Shown here piece after piece: positions 48,325 to 61,296 of a stretch of 64,000 bases of DNA; positions within the stretch are counted from its first letter, which is position 1, and each line of letters begins with the position of its first letter. Under the pieces are notes generated by a model. The model was not told the DNA's origin, did not search any database, and worked only from the letters and a program-made list of their open reading frames with translations. Position numbers and translations under genes: made by a program. The stretch covers positions 224,001 to 288,000 of the forward strand of contig CAWDSK010000005.1 in the NCBI GenBank assembly GCA_963804995.1, in the 5' to 3' direction. Source of the DNA: an uncultured Acidobacteriota bacterium (GTDB taxonomy: Bacteria > Acidobacteriota > Terriglobia > UBA7540).

Positions 48325-49242
48325 GTGAGTCAGAATCCAGCTTCGCGAAAACTCGTTTACTTGGCGCTCACTACCTCTGCTTTCTTCTGGGGAGCCGGAT
48401 TCGCAGTCGCCAAGTATGCCCTGCGTGAAGTCTCACCGCTGGAGCTTCTGGCTGGAACCAGCATTTTCTCCGCGGTCAGCCAGGGTATTTGGACTTTGGC
48501 GCGCGGGCAGATTCGCACGCTGAGGCTGCCTCGCCCGCTCGCTCCGCTGGTGGTGGGATTGGCGCTGGCCGGACAAAACGTTTTCAGCGGGCTTACATTT
48601 CTGGGCCTCGCGTACACAACTGCTACCAATGCCGCACTTCTCTATGGATTCTCACCGGTTCTCATCGCGGTCATGGCTTCCCTGCTTCTGGGCGAAAGGT
48701 TGACGGCCGGGAAGCTGGGCGGGGCTGCGGCCGGCTTCATCGGAGTGGCCCTCATCATCACGCAAGGCCAGTTAAGTTCGCTGCGTCCTCACGGAGTCAT
48801 GGCCGGCAATCTCATCGTATTTGGCGCGACGGTCTATTGGGCCGCCTACTCCGTCATCACCCGGTGGGTTACGCAAAAGGTCCCCGCGGAAACGTATTCC
48901 TTTTACATCCTTACGGTAGGAGCCATTATCCCCACCACGTGGGCCTGGGTCCAGAACATGCGGTTCCCCATGGTGGGAGTTCGCCCGGGAACCCTGCTGG
49001 CCCTTGCCTTCATGGGTATCGGCACCGGAACCGTGGCAATCAATTGCTGGAATTGGGGATTGGCTAAGATCGAAGCCGCGCGGGCTGGGATGTTTTCCTA
49101 TCTCGAACCCGTTTTCGCCGGCCTGGTGGCCATGATCTTCCTCGGTGAAAGGCTCAGCCTACCGAGTCTCGCAGGTGCAGCGATGGTCTTTGGCGGAATC
49201 CATTTGTCATTGCGCCAGAGCCGGCAAGTGAGTACAGAGTGA
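48325..49242 (+). CDS. DMT/EamA family transporter
   Basis: Two EamA repeats (FWG..F..AK; GL.YTTATNA; YLEPVFA..FLGE). Confidence 0.9.
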   Translation: MSQNPASRKLVYLALTTSAFFWGAGFAVAKYALREVSPLELLAGTSIFSAVSQGIWTLARGQIRTLRLPRPLAPLVVGLALAGQNVFSGLTFLGLAYTTATNAALLYGFSPVLIAVMASLLLGERLTAGKLGGAAAGFIGVALIITQGQLSSLRPHGVMAGNLIVFGATVYWAAYSVITRWVTQKVPAETYSFYILTVGAIIPTTWAWVQNMRFPMVGVRPGTLLALAFMGIGTGTVAINCWNWGLAKIEAARAGMFSYLEPVFAGLVAMIFLGERLSLPSLAGAAMVFGGIHLSLRQSRQVSTE

Positions 49243-49574
49243 GCAGCCTCTTCGCCTCACATTTACAACAGCGCCATAACCCTTCACAGCGGTTCCCATC
49301 CGCGAATATGGGCCTCCACGAGCCATCTCGCGACATCTTGTCACGTGGCGGGACCCACCAGGAAGGTTCTGCAAAAACCACAAAGCTTGCTATTGAATTC
49401 GCCTCAGGGTTGACATATAGTGGCGGCGAATTTGAGCCGAGTCCTGCTGCTGTGCTGAAAAGACACCCCTGGCTGAGCGCAGCAGCCTTGACAACTCAAA
49501 AAGGCGCGGGTTCGGTCGCGCCGCTTCCTGAGACTGCGATACGACCCGCTCTGTTACCCTCCGCAGGAGGAATC

Positions 49575-50471
49575 ATGATGCTGCCTTCTTATTTGAGCCC
49601 CCGAAGTTTACGTTGCTTTAGTTTAATCGCCCTTGCCGGTTTTCTTTTCGTGAGCTGCTCGCCCCCGGTGGAAAGACCCACGGGGTCAGCCGGAGCCCTG
49701 GACGATGCAAAAGACATGTTTAAGCGCGGTCGGTTTGATAGGGCGTTGGATTTCACCGACTCCCTGGCAACCGCCACCCCACCGGGTGCCTATACGGAAC
49801 GCGCTCGGGTGCTTCGCGCGGTCATCTATACCGGTGAACTGAAGAGCCTGAAAGAGCTGGCCGAAGCTTACGGTGAAGGAGCTGACAAGACCAAGAACAA
49901 ACAATTCAAAGCCGACTATCAACGCCTGGCGAATGACAATCTCCAGGCTGCTGCCAAGGCCGCGCTGAATCTGGCTGAAACGGCGCATCAACTCGTATCC
50001 GACGGTCAAATCGCCAAAGAGCTGACCCTGGAAGCAAGCTACCCCACGACCGAAGGCCCCACGGATGTGAAGGAATTGGCAACGGTCAAAAGTGGCGCGT
50101 GGCTCGAGCCGGAAGGGGCCAATAGTCAGGAAAGTGCGGCCATCGATTCTCTGCGCAAGGGTATCGATGACGCACTCGCCGGGGCGGTTGCAGGCGACAG
50201 GCCCAAAGCGGTCAGCGCCCTCGCGAGCGGTTCCACCAAGGTCGACGGCGCCGATTTCGCCATCTTCCTCGCCAAAGGATTAACCGATGGGGCCACCATC
50301 TTCGACAAGAAGCACCGGCGTGACTCGCAGAAGTTGAAGACGCTTTGCGACGAAGGTGATGAAACCCTGAAGGCGGCTGCCGCACAGTTGAAGGACAAGC
50401 CCGATAAAGACAAAGAAAAGGCCGTCAAGGATCTTCAGGACAAGATCAAGAAGATCCGCAAGAATACGTAG
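49575..50471 (+). CDS. Hypothetical alpha-helical lipoprotein
   Basis: AGGAGG RBS; lipobox-like LFVS-C. Confidence 0.75.
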   Translation: MMLPSYLSPRSLRCFSLIALAGFLFVSCSPPVERPTGSAGALDDAKDMFKRGRFDRALDFTDSLATATPPGAYTERARVLRAVIYTGELKSLKELAEAYGEGADKTKNKQFKADYQRLANDNLQAAAKAALNLAETAHQLVSDGQIAKELTLEASYPTTEGPTDVKELATVKSGAWLEPEGANSQESAAIDSLRKGIDDALAGAVAGDRPKAVSALASGSTKVDGADFAIFLAKGLTDGATIFDKKHRRDSQKLKTLCDEGDETLKAAAAQLKDKPDKDKEKAVKDLQDKIKKIRKNT

Positions 50472-50495
50472 TTGGGCAAGAGAGGCAAGCCTCCG

Positions 50496-50528
50496 GGGCC
50501 GTCTTTTGGGAGACGGCCCTTTTTGTTT
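50496..50528 (+). terminator. Rho-independent terminator
   Basis: GGGCCGTCT-loop-AGACGGCCC followed by a T tract. Confidence 0.85.
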
Positions 50529-50599
50529 AGAAGCTTCTGAGCTTAGCTAGGTAGCCTATCTCAAGTTTCTCGCACAGGAAAACCGCGCCCCTCGTCTGG

Positions 50600-52582
50600 C
50601 TATTGCTGCACTTGCTCGAGTGCCGACTGGATTTCAGGATTGTTGGGGTCGGCGGCCAGAGCGGCTTGAAACTCCTGGACCGCTTGTGCCTTTTGGCCCG
50701 CGGCGGCGTAGATCAATCCCAGGTTGAAGTGCGCGTGACTATCCGCGCCATTGAGCGCCAGCGCGTCCTTAAAGGCTTTCTCAGCACGGATGTTATCGCC
50801 CCGCCGCTGGTAGACGTAACCCAAATAGTCAAGGGCCGCGAGATTCGGATCGCATTCGAGCGATTTGCGGAATTGCTCCTCCGCCAGGTTGAGGCGTCCC
50901 GAATCAAAATAGAGTTTGCCTAGGACGTTGTGGGCGGCGAAATCGAGCGGGGAGAGGGACACGGCGGCGCGGAATTGTTCTTCGGCACGATCCAGGCTGC
51001 CCGTTTCCGCATAGAGCGCCCCCAGGTTTAAATGTGTATCCGCATCACGGGGGTCGATCTGTAAGGCGAGCTGAAGATACCCCACGGCTTCGCCGTAACG
51101 GTGCTGCTTGGCGCAGAGCGCCCCTAACGCAATGATGGGGCGAATGAAGGTGGGCTGGATCCGCAGGGATTCCTTCCATTCCTGCTCAGCCAACGCCCAC
51201 TCTCCTCGCATCCAATAGGCATAGCCCAGGCCGTTATGCAGGATGAAGTCATCCGGCTCAGCCGCGAGGGCTCTGGAAACCAGGGTGACGTCATCCCGCC
51301 AGTCGGGAATCCGTGTGACGATGCGGAGCACGCAAAGTGCCGTCACGAGGCAGGCGCCAGCCACCACAGCCCATCGCCAGGCGCCTTGCCGCCTTGCCGC
51401 CGCTCGCCACAAGTTTGCGCCCGCCCAACCGGCGACCAGGCAGAACCCCACGGAAGGCAGATAGAGATAGCGTTCCGCGAGCGCATAAACAGCCATCCAA
51501 TTGGCATTCAGGACAGGAGCGAGTGTCCCCAGAAGCCACAGGATCCCCAGGGAGGCAGGGCGAGCGCTCCTCCACAAGACGCCAAAGACTACCGCGCAGA
51601 GGATCAGGCCGCCGGCTCCTCCCAGCACCTGCGCATCCCACAAATGGGTGCTGGGGTGGAAGAAGACGAAGGCCGAAAGGTGCGCGGGCCAAAGAAGTTT
51701 GAAGAAATATTGGCCCAGCAGGGCAAAGGCGGAAAGGATAGTCTCAAGCCGGGTGAGATGGTACCAGCCCGAGGCGCGCCCCACCGATCCTAAAATGTGG
51801 ACGCGCATGAGGATGTAGCCTATCGACAGGACCCAGAGCACTCCGTAGCGGAGACCTTTCTGCGCCCACGTCGTCCGAGCCCGGTCGTCGCGGCAGAAAT
51901 GCTCGTAGATTACGGCGAGGAAAGGAAGCGTTATGGCCTGTTCCCGGGAGAGAAGGGCGAGCAGAAAACTGACCGTCATGGCGGCTTCGGCCCAGGGTCG
52001 CCGTCCTCCACCCGGTCCCGCCACCTGCAAGAAACACCAGAAGGTGAGCAGGTAGAAGAAGGTCACCTCCAGGTCGGTCATAGTGGAAATCCAGGCAATG
52101 GACTCAATGTGGATGGGATGAAGTGCGAATAAGCCTGCGGCGACAAACGCTGCCAGGCGATCACCGAGGAGCCGCGCCGCCATCAGGAATAGCATCAAAA
52201 CAACGGCCGCGTGCAGCAGCAGGCTAACCAAATGGAAGCCGTAGGCCATGGGGCCAAAGATTCGATAACAGACCATGAACCCGACCGTCGCCAACGGCCG
52301 ATAATAGGGGGGCTCATGCTGGACACTCAGATAGGAGAAAAGCGTGGTGGTAAACGCTTCCGGCAAGTAGCGGAAACTATGCGTATAGGGATTGTCGAAA
52401 ATCAGGGACTTGTCGTCAAAAGCATAGGCGAAATCATTCCGCAGGACGCCGACATAAGGCAGAGTGGCCAGCAGCAGGAGAATTGCCAACGGCCAGGCAC
52501 CGGCAAATGGTGTGCGGCTTCCCTTTTCCAGCCTGCCAGGGCCGAGCGGCTGAACCCCGGGTTCATCTTGATAAGCCTGCAT
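50600..52582 (-). CDS. TMTC-like membrane glycosyltransferase (GT-C) with C-terminal TPRs
   Basis: FDD..I..N; YYRPL; LFALHPIHIESIAWI; LLSRE; AERYLYLPS; about 6 TPRs. Confidence 0.85.
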   Translation of the reverse strand: MQAYQDEPGVQPLGPGRLEKGSRTPFAGAWPLAILLLLATLPYVGVLRNDFAYAFDDKSLIFDNPYTHSFRYLPEAFTTTLFSYLSVQHEPPYYRPLATVGFMVCYRIFGPMAYGFHLVSLLLHAAVVLMLFLMAARLLGDRLAAFVAAGLFALHPIHIESIAWISTMTDLEVTFFYLLTFWCFLQVAGPGGGRRPWAEAAMTVSFLLALLSREQAITLPFLAVIYEHFCRDDRARTTWAQKGLRYGVLWVLSIGYILMRVHILGSVGRASGWYHLTRLETILSAFALLGQYFFKLLWPAHLSAFVFFHPSTHLWDAQVLGGAGGLILCAVVFGVLWRSARPASLGILWLLGTLAPVLNANWMAVYALAERYLYLPSVGFCLVAGWAGANLWRAAARRQGAWRWAVVAGACLVTALCVLRIVTRIPDWRDDVTLVSRALAAEPDDFILHNGLGYAYWMRGEWALAEQEWKESLRIQPTFIRPIIALGALCAKQHRYGEAVGYLQLALQIDPRDADTHLNLGALYAETGSLDRAEEQFRAAVSLSPLDFAAHNVLGKLYFDSGRLNLAEEQFRKSLECDPNLAALDYLGYVYQRRGDNIRAEKAFKDALALNGADSHAHFNLGLIYAAAGQKAQAVQEFQAALAADPNNPEIQSALEQVQQ

Positions 52583-52680
52583 GAGCTCCCCATGCTCCTC
52601 TGAGGGTCCGGCCCCTCCGGGCGTAATCATAAACGATTTCGGGTGGCGGAACCGCATACTTCAGGCTGTCGTAAGAAATG

Positions 52681-53463
52681 CTCCCCGCCTCAGATGAGGA
52701 GGGGTGGCGCGCCGAGCCCCGATTGCGCGTTCTTTCCAAATTGATGATCGGGGCCGAGCGCCGGGGTCGTGCTGAAAAGATTATGGGGTGGTGCTGATTG
52801 TGGCGGCAAGTCGCTTGTCACGGGCCACTCACTTTGCCTCATCCTCGGCGTCGATCCTACCGATAACCGATACGGGGAAGTGTGTCACGGCGGGGGAGGA
52901 GAAATTCGGGGTTCGGGACACGGGATTTGGGGGTGGGGGCGGACAGCAAATGTAGCGGCGGGTTTACCCCGCCATGTGGCGGCGTGATGCCGCCTCGAAA
53001 ATGGCGAGGTAAACTCGCCGCTACACCATCAAACTCAGACACTACCGGCAGATGGAATACCCCCCGTCGCCCCGGGTGCCCGAGTAACCACCCCGTCTCC
53101 TGCGGAGCCACCCCTCCTGAATCAGGAGGGGAGTTGTTTCGGAACTCCCCGCCTCAGATGAGGAGGGGTGGCGCGCCGACCCCGATAGCGCGTTCTCTCC
53201 AAATTGATCATCGGGGCCGAGCGCCGGGGTGGTGCTGATTGTGGCGGCGAGCCACTTGTCACGGGCCACTCACTTTGCCTCATCCTCGGCGTCGATCCTA
53301 CCGATAACCGATACGGGGAAGTGTGTCACGGCGGGGGAGGAGAAATTCGAGGTTCGGGACTCGGGATTGGGGGGGCAGCAAACGTAGCGGCGGGTTTACC
53401 CCGCCATGTGGCGGCGTAATGCCGCCTCGAAAATGGCGAGGCAAACTCGCCGCTACATCATCA
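52681..53463. repeat. Tandem duplication (~350 and ~320 bp) of a composite repeat unit
   Basis: 52681-53031 closely matches 53145-53463; each unit has a family-2 half, a ~115 bp core, heptamers and a GTAGCGGCG..CGCCGCTAC REP. Confidence 0.9.
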
Positions 53464-53510
53464 TCTCTAGTCGCGACCCGGAGCCCTGCTTTTCGGTTAC
53501 AATCCCCCGC

Positions 53511-53945
53511 ATGCTCATTCGCTTTTGCCTTTATGGGCTCCTGGGATGGTGTTTCGAGGTGGTGTGGAGCGCCGTTACGGAAAAAGCCTGGGGAAGGCAG
53601 CGCGGCTGGCGCCTGGTGGGCCATACCTATCTCTGGATGTTCCCGATTTATGGCCTGCTGGCTCCTTTGGGTGAACCCCTTCACAACCTTCTGCGTACCT
53701 ACTTCTGGCTGTGGCGCGGCCTTGCGTATCTAGCCGGAATCTGGACTGTGGAGTTCGTTTCGGGATGGTTGATCAAGAAGCTAACGGGCGCCTGCCCCTG
53801 GAACTACTCCAACTTTCCGGGGAATTTTCAGGGAATCATTACGCGCGAATATGCTCCGGTGTGGTTCATCTTCGGTCTCATCTTTGAACGCGTGCACGAC
53901 GCGCTGGTGAAACTCACTCCGGCCCTCGAACAGGTCCTAAGATAA
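53511..53945 (+). CDS. Putative ABC transporter permease-like membrane protein (CmpB/TMEM229 family)
   Basis: YGLLGWCFEV; WMFPIYG; EFVSG; CPWNYS; APVWF. Confidence 0.85.
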   Translation: MLIRFCLYGLLGWCFEVVWSAVTEKAWGRQRGWRLVGHTYLWMFPIYGLLAPLGEPLHNLLRTYFWLWRGLAYLAGIWTVEFVSGWLIKKLTGACPWNYSNFPGNFQGIITREYAPVWFIFGLIFERVHDALVKLTPALEQVLR

Positions 53946-53952
53946 GTGCACT

Positions 53953-54096
53953 TGTAGCGCCGACCTTGAGGTTGGCATGCGTCCCGACAGGTCGGGACGC
54001 CGGCACGTGCTTTTGTTGTGCCTTTGTAGCGCCGACCGGAACCTGTCCCGACTTCGTCGGGAGGTCGGCATGCGTCCCGACAGGTCGGGACGCTAC
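53953..54096. repeat. GTAG-type REP cluster with TCCCGAC..GTCGGGA hairpins
   Basis: Two GTAGCGCCGACC units; ends GACGCTAC. Confidence 0.75.
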
Positions 54097-54117
54097 TTCC
54101 AGCGACTCCCGCGATTC

Positions 54118-54807
54118 TCAATAGGCGCTTCTGTACACGTACACGCCGCCCATGCGGACTCGCACCAGGATGTCCTGGTCGCCCCCGGAATTCCAGAACA
54201 CAATCTTCTGTCCAAAGCCCGCGCTGTCTTCTCCGTGCAAATCGCTTTGCACATAACCCAAAACCGACCGGGCGTTCAGCGAGCGCAGGCGATAGATCGA
54301 GGGCACCGTGATCTCAACATCACCGTAATTGACGCGGATTTCCTGCTTGCCCACCAGACCGTTCACACGCACGTCGCCGTCCACGCATTTCAAAACCAGG
54401 TTGGCATCGAACGGCATGCGGATGCGGAAATTGACGGAGAGCTTTGACTCGCCACGAAACGGCCGCCACAAACGGCGCGGCGGATACAACGTGCGCAGCA
54501 GCACCTGCTTGTCCTTCCCCTCCAGCACCACCTGCACCAGGTCGTAGAGTAGCTGGGCCCTGGGCTCGTTCTTCGCCTCCACAACTTTCTCGGCTTCGAT
54601 CTCCAACCGCGGCTCGTCCCAACCTTCCACCTGGAGGTTGCCCATGCGGGTGTCAACCGTGAGCGTGCCAAAGGAAAACATTCGGACAGAGTAACGAAGG
54701 GTCTTGCTGAACTCGTCGGCGCGCAATGAGAGCGGCGCGAGAGATAGCAACGCACCAAGCATGCAGAGGCAGGCGAAGGGGATTCGAAATTTCGCCGGGG
54801 CCTTCAC
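54118..54807 (-). CDS. Secreted DUF4097/adhesin-like beta-strand repeat protein
   Basis: Signal peptide; G.L.V....GN..V.GWD and GDV.V repeats. Confidence 0.75.
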   Translation of the reverse strand: MKAPAKFRIPFACLCMLGALLSLAPLSLRADEFSKTLRYSVRMFSFGTLTVDTRMGNLQVEGWDEPRLEIEAEKVVEAKNEPRAQLLYDLVQVVLEGKDKQVLLRTLYPPRRLWRPFRGESKLSVNFRIRMPFDANLVLKCVDGDVRVNGLVGKQEIRVNYGDVEITVPSIYRLRSLNARSVLGYVQSDLHGEDSAGFGQKIVFWNSGGDQDILVRVRMGGVYVYRSAY

Positions 54808-54976
54808 GCCAAGATGTTACGTCCGGGAAAGAGAAAGAGCAAGCGTAGCGCGGACCTGTTGGGCGGCGCGGACCTATTCGGTAGGTCCGCGGATTGTCAC
54901 TGCCTAGGCTTGTCCAAATTGCGCTCAAATGAGCGGGCAGCAACTTGCGGCTCTGCCGCTTGCTGTTATTAAAATG

Positions 54977-55093
54977 CTCCCCTCCTCAGATGAGGGGGGG
55001 GTGGCGCGCTGAGCCCCGATAGCGCGTTCTTTCCAAATTGATGATCGGGGCCGAGCGCCGGGGTGGTACTGAATAGTGATCAAGGGGTGGTGC
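54977..55093. repeat. Palindromic repeat family 2, partial, with a CCCCGAT..ATCGGGG insert
   Basis: Matches 52681-52795. Confidence 0.8.
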
Positions 55094-55252
55094 CAAGCCG
55101 CCGGTCAGAGACCGCTGCTAAAACACACTTATACATTAACCAACCCTGCAACAGGAATTCGAATCACTCCGGAATCGTTCGTCTGTTCCCATAACTAATA
55201 TAGAATGAGACATTTATACGATAAACTAGACTGTAAACTGGGCGTATCCTCC

Positions 55253-55281
55253 TTGACACTCCAGAACCCACGTGTTACATT
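55253..55281 (+). promoter_or_regulatory. Sigma70 promoter of the atp operon
   Basis: TTGACA, 17 nt spacer, TACATT with extended -10 TG. Confidence 0.7.
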
Positions 55282-55332
55282 GCGGGGCTTTGCGCGGTAG
55301 TCAATGCACACCTTTGAGGCCTAGCCTTCCCG

Positions 55333-55800
55333 ATGGGTGACACTTTTCGCCAGCTTGGACATCTCTTCCTTCAGACCGTACCCACGGTTGTCTTCGTTTT
55401 TCTTCTCTTTGTAATTCTCAACCGAATCTTTTTTCGTCCGCTGACGGCGGTCTTGAAGAAACGTGAAGAATTGACCGTGGGGGCGCTGGCTCGGGCTCGC
55501 GAACAAACGGCGGCAGTCGAGTCGAAAACGCGCGAGTACGAGGAAGCCTTCCAGGCGGCGCGCCAAGAGGTCTACCGCCAGCGCGAGGCGGATCGACGAA
55601 CCCACCTGACGGAGCGCGATGCGGCCTTGCTGCGGGCCCGCGAACAGGCGGAGGCGCTGATCCGCGAGGCGCAGGCCAAACTGGCGGAAGAAGTGGCGCG
55701 TACCAAGAGTGAACTGCAGATTGCTTGCCGCCCGCTGGCGGAAGAAATCTCCCAAAGCCTGGTGGGAAACGGTGGGGACGGAGGGTCGTTGCCCCGATGA
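55333..55800 (+). CDS. atpF: ATP synthase F0 subunit b'
   Basis: TM then LNRIFFRPL..VLKKR and coiled coil; first gene of the operon. Confidence 0.88.
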   Translation: MGDTFRQLGHLFLQTVPTVVFVFLLFVILNRIFFRPLTAVLKKREELTVGALARAREQTAAVESKTREYEEAFQAARQEVYRQREADRRTHLTERDAALLRAREQAEALIREAQAKLAEEVARTKSELQIACRPLAEEISQSLVGNGGDGGSLPR

Positions 55801-56453
55801 TCAATTTGGAAAAAACCCGCTATCGGGGCTCAAGTCTGATGCGAGCGCTGCGCCAACTGACTGCGGTTGCCGTACTGGGGATTTGCCTGGCGGGAATTGC
55901 GTCGCCCTCCCTGGTGGTGTCGCGAGGGTTCGGCTGGGCAGGCGCCCCGGAAGAATCAAAGGAAGAGCCGGCCCGCGAGCTTCTCTATAAGGTGATCAAC
56001 TTTGCGATTCTGGTGGGGGGACTGGGGTACGTCCTGCGCAAGCCGTTAAGTGATTTCCTGAGCACGCGCTCGGATTCTATTCACAAGGGTCTTGAAGAAG
56101 GGCGCAAGGCGCTGGAAGCTTCCGGAACCCAACTCCAGGCCGTGGAAGAAAAGGTGCGGCACTTGGAAGAGGAAATCGCCGCCTTCAAGGCCTCCGCGGC
56201 GCGCGAGATGGAAGCGGAGCGGAAGCGCCTGCAACAGACCACGGCGGAAGAGGCGGCACGGATTCTGGACTCCGCGCGCGCCCAGATGGATACTGCCCTG
56301 CGCGGAGCCAAGCTGGAACTAAGGACCTTCGCGGCGCTCGAGGCCGTTACCCTGGCGGAAGGACTGATCCGCGAACGCCTGGATGAGCCCGGGCAGAAGC
56401 GCCTGGTGAGCCGGTTCACGGCGACCCTCCAGGCGAAAGGACGGAATAACTAG
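55797..56453 (+). CDS. atpF: ATP synthase F0 subunit b (alternative start 55839)
   Basis: KVINFAILVGGLGY..RKPL.DFL..R and coiled coil. Confidence 0.88.
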   Translation: MINLEKTRYRGSSLMRALRQLTAVAVLGICLAGIASPSLVVSRGFGWAGAPEESKEEPARELLYKVINFAILVGGLGYVLRKPLSDFLSTRSDSIHKGLEEGRKALEASGTQLQAVEEKVRHLEEEIAAFKASAAREMEAERKRLQQTTAEEAARILDSARAQMDTALRGAKLELRTFAALEAVTLAEGLIRERLDEPGQKRLVSRFTATLQAKGRNN

Positions 56454-56992
56454 TGCCCACCGCTGTCGCCAATCGATACGCGCGCGCCCTGGCCGATGTC
56501 GTGGCGGCCACGGGCGATTACCGCCAGGTGCTCGCGGAGCTGGAAGATTTCAGCGTGGTTTATGGCGAGAGCCCGGAGCTGCGCGAGATGTGCGAAACAC
56601 CGGCCGTGGCGCTGCCGCGCAAGCTGGGGGTGATGGAAACCATTGTGCGGCGCATGGGCAGTTCGCAGGTGACGCTGAATTTTCTGCGCGTGCTGCTCAG
56701 TCACTACCGCATGCGGCTGCTGGCGGAAGTCATCCAGTCGTTTCGCAACGTCTGTTATGCACGACTGGGTATTGTGCAGGTGAAGATTACTTCCGCCGCC
56801 GAACTCTCGAGCGTGGAACGGGAACTCCTGCGGGCGCGGTTCAACGAGCTGACGCGGCAGCAATCCGAACTGGATTTCCAACTTGACCGCAACCTGATTG
56901 GCGGCCTGGTGGCGCAGATTGGCAGCACTGTCTACGACGGCTCCGTCCGCGGCAACCTGGACCGCATCCGGGAACAATTGATGGCGCAGTAA
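56453..56992 (+). CDS. atpH: ATP synthase F1 subunit delta
   Basis: VANRYARAL; LIGG.VAQIGSTVYDGSV. Confidence 0.95.
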   Translation: MPTAVANRYARALADVVAATGDYRQVLAELEDFSVVYGESPELREMCETPAVALPRKLGVMETIVRRMGSSQVTLNFLRVLLSHYRMRLLAEVIQSFRNVCYARLGIVQVKITSAAELSSVERELLRARFNELTRQQSELDFQLDRNLIGGLVAQIGSTVYDGSVRGNLDRIREQLMAQ

Positions 56993-56995
56993 AGA

Positions 56996-57147
56996 AGCTG
57001 TCAGCTATCAGCTATCAGCTGTCAGCCGGCCCACTAGCAGGAAGACGTTAATGGGTTGCCGAAAGCTCAGAAGGGAATTGGTCAGCACTTAGCCATCAGC
57101 CCTCAGCTTACTGAGTAGCTGAGAGCTGACGGCTGAGAGCTGACAGC
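56996..57147. repeat. Inverted heptamer tandem repeats (AGCTRTC.. / ..GAYAGCT-like)
   Basis: atpH-atpA spacer; 5' and 3' tracts are reverse-complementary. Confidence 0.8.
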
Positions 57148-57157
57148 CAGGACCGAT

Positions 57158-58720
<1,563 letters not shown>

Positions 58721-58749
58721 GTAACCGGACCCGGTCAATCAAATAGATT

Positions 58750-59603
58750 ATGGCAGCCCTTCTCGACATTCGACGCCGCATCCGCTCGGTAAAGAGCACG
58801 CAGCAAATTACCCGGGCAATGAAAATGGTGGCGGCGGCGCGCCTGCGGCGTGCCCAGGACCGCATCTTCAACGCGCGGCCCTATGCCAATCAGATGATGA
58901 CGCTGCTCTCGACGTTGTGGCGCGCATCACCGACCGGTCGCATCCGCTGCTTGTCGAGCGGCCCATCCAACGCCAACTTCTGGTGCTGGTCACCGCTGAC
59001 CGGGGCTTGTGCGGGGGGTTCAACACCAACCTGATTCGCGCCGCCCAGAGTTATGTGGATGAACACCGCGATCGTGACGTTTCCATCGTCATGGTGGGCC
59101 GCAAAGGCCGGGACTACTTCATCCGGCGGCCGGTGAAGGTGATTGGCGAGCACATCAACATTTTTGGCCGTCTGGAATTCAGCCAGGCCCAGCCGATTGC
59201 CCAGCGCATCATCGAGCTATACACACAAGAGAAAGTGGACGCGGTGGATTTCATCTACAACGAGTTCAAGTCCATCATGACCCAGCGCGTGATGGTGGAG
59301 CGCTATCTTCCCATCAAGCCCATTGCACCGGCGGCCGGAGAATCGCTGATCGATTACATCTACGAACAGCCGGCGCAGGAGATCTTCAACGCCCTGTTGC
59401 CGCGCTATGTGGAGATTGAAGTTTACCGGGCGCTGTTGGAATCGCAGGCGGCGGAACTGGCGGCACGCATGACGGCCATGGATGCGGCCACAAACAATGC
59501 TGCGGATATGATTGAATCGCTCACGCTCTACATGAACCGGGTCCGGCAAGCGGCCATCACGCGCGAGATCATCGAAGTGGTGAGCGGGGCAGCGGCAACG
59601 TAG
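58750..59603 (+). CDS. atpG: ATP synthase F1 subunit gamma with a -1 frameshift near 58916 (probable sequence error)
   Basis: [11 protein letters not shown] in ORF 58750; DRGLCGGFN and RQAAITREI in ORF 58917. Confidence 0.93.
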
Positions 59604-59606
59604 AAA

Positions 59607-59718
59607 AGCAGGAGTTAGAAGCTAGGAGTTAGAAGTTGGGAGTTGGAACGTAGAAGGCAGGAAACGGACGTTTTTCTAACTTCTGGCTTCTAACTCCTAA
59701 CTTCTACTCCTGACTTCT
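59607..59718. repeat. Inverted heptamer tandem repeats (GAAGTTA/GGAGTTA vs TAACTTC/TAACTCC)
   Basis: atpG-atpD spacer. Confidence 0.85.
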
Positions 59719-59724
59719 CGGTGA

Positions 59725-61185
<1,461 letters not shown>

Positions 61186-61187
61186 GA

Positions 61188-61285
61188 ATCGGATCATCGG
61201 TTCATCGGGCCATCGGGAGATTGAAAGACCAACCCTGCGAAGTTGCTCTTGATGGACCGATGAGCCGATGGCCAGATGGACCGAT
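61188..61285. repeat. Inverted octamer tandem repeats (ATCGGNYC vs GRNCCGAT)
   Basis: atpD-atpC spacer. Confidence 0.75.
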
Positions 61286-61296
61286 TGAACAGATCT

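Noticed and set aside
52681..54096. Possible CRISPR array
   Set aside because: Repeats are long, palindromic and irregularly spaced, with no unique equal-length spacers and no cas genes.
55180..55225. AT-rich motif ATAACTAATATAGAATGAGACATTTAT as a dif/Xer site
   Set aside because: Does not match the XerC/XerD arm consensus well enough.
58905..58925. atpG frameshift as pseudogenisation or programmed frameshifting
   Set aside because: One missing G in an otherwise intact core operon, no slippery site, and similar single-base indels in the Mth938-like gene and probably pcm; most simply an assembly error.
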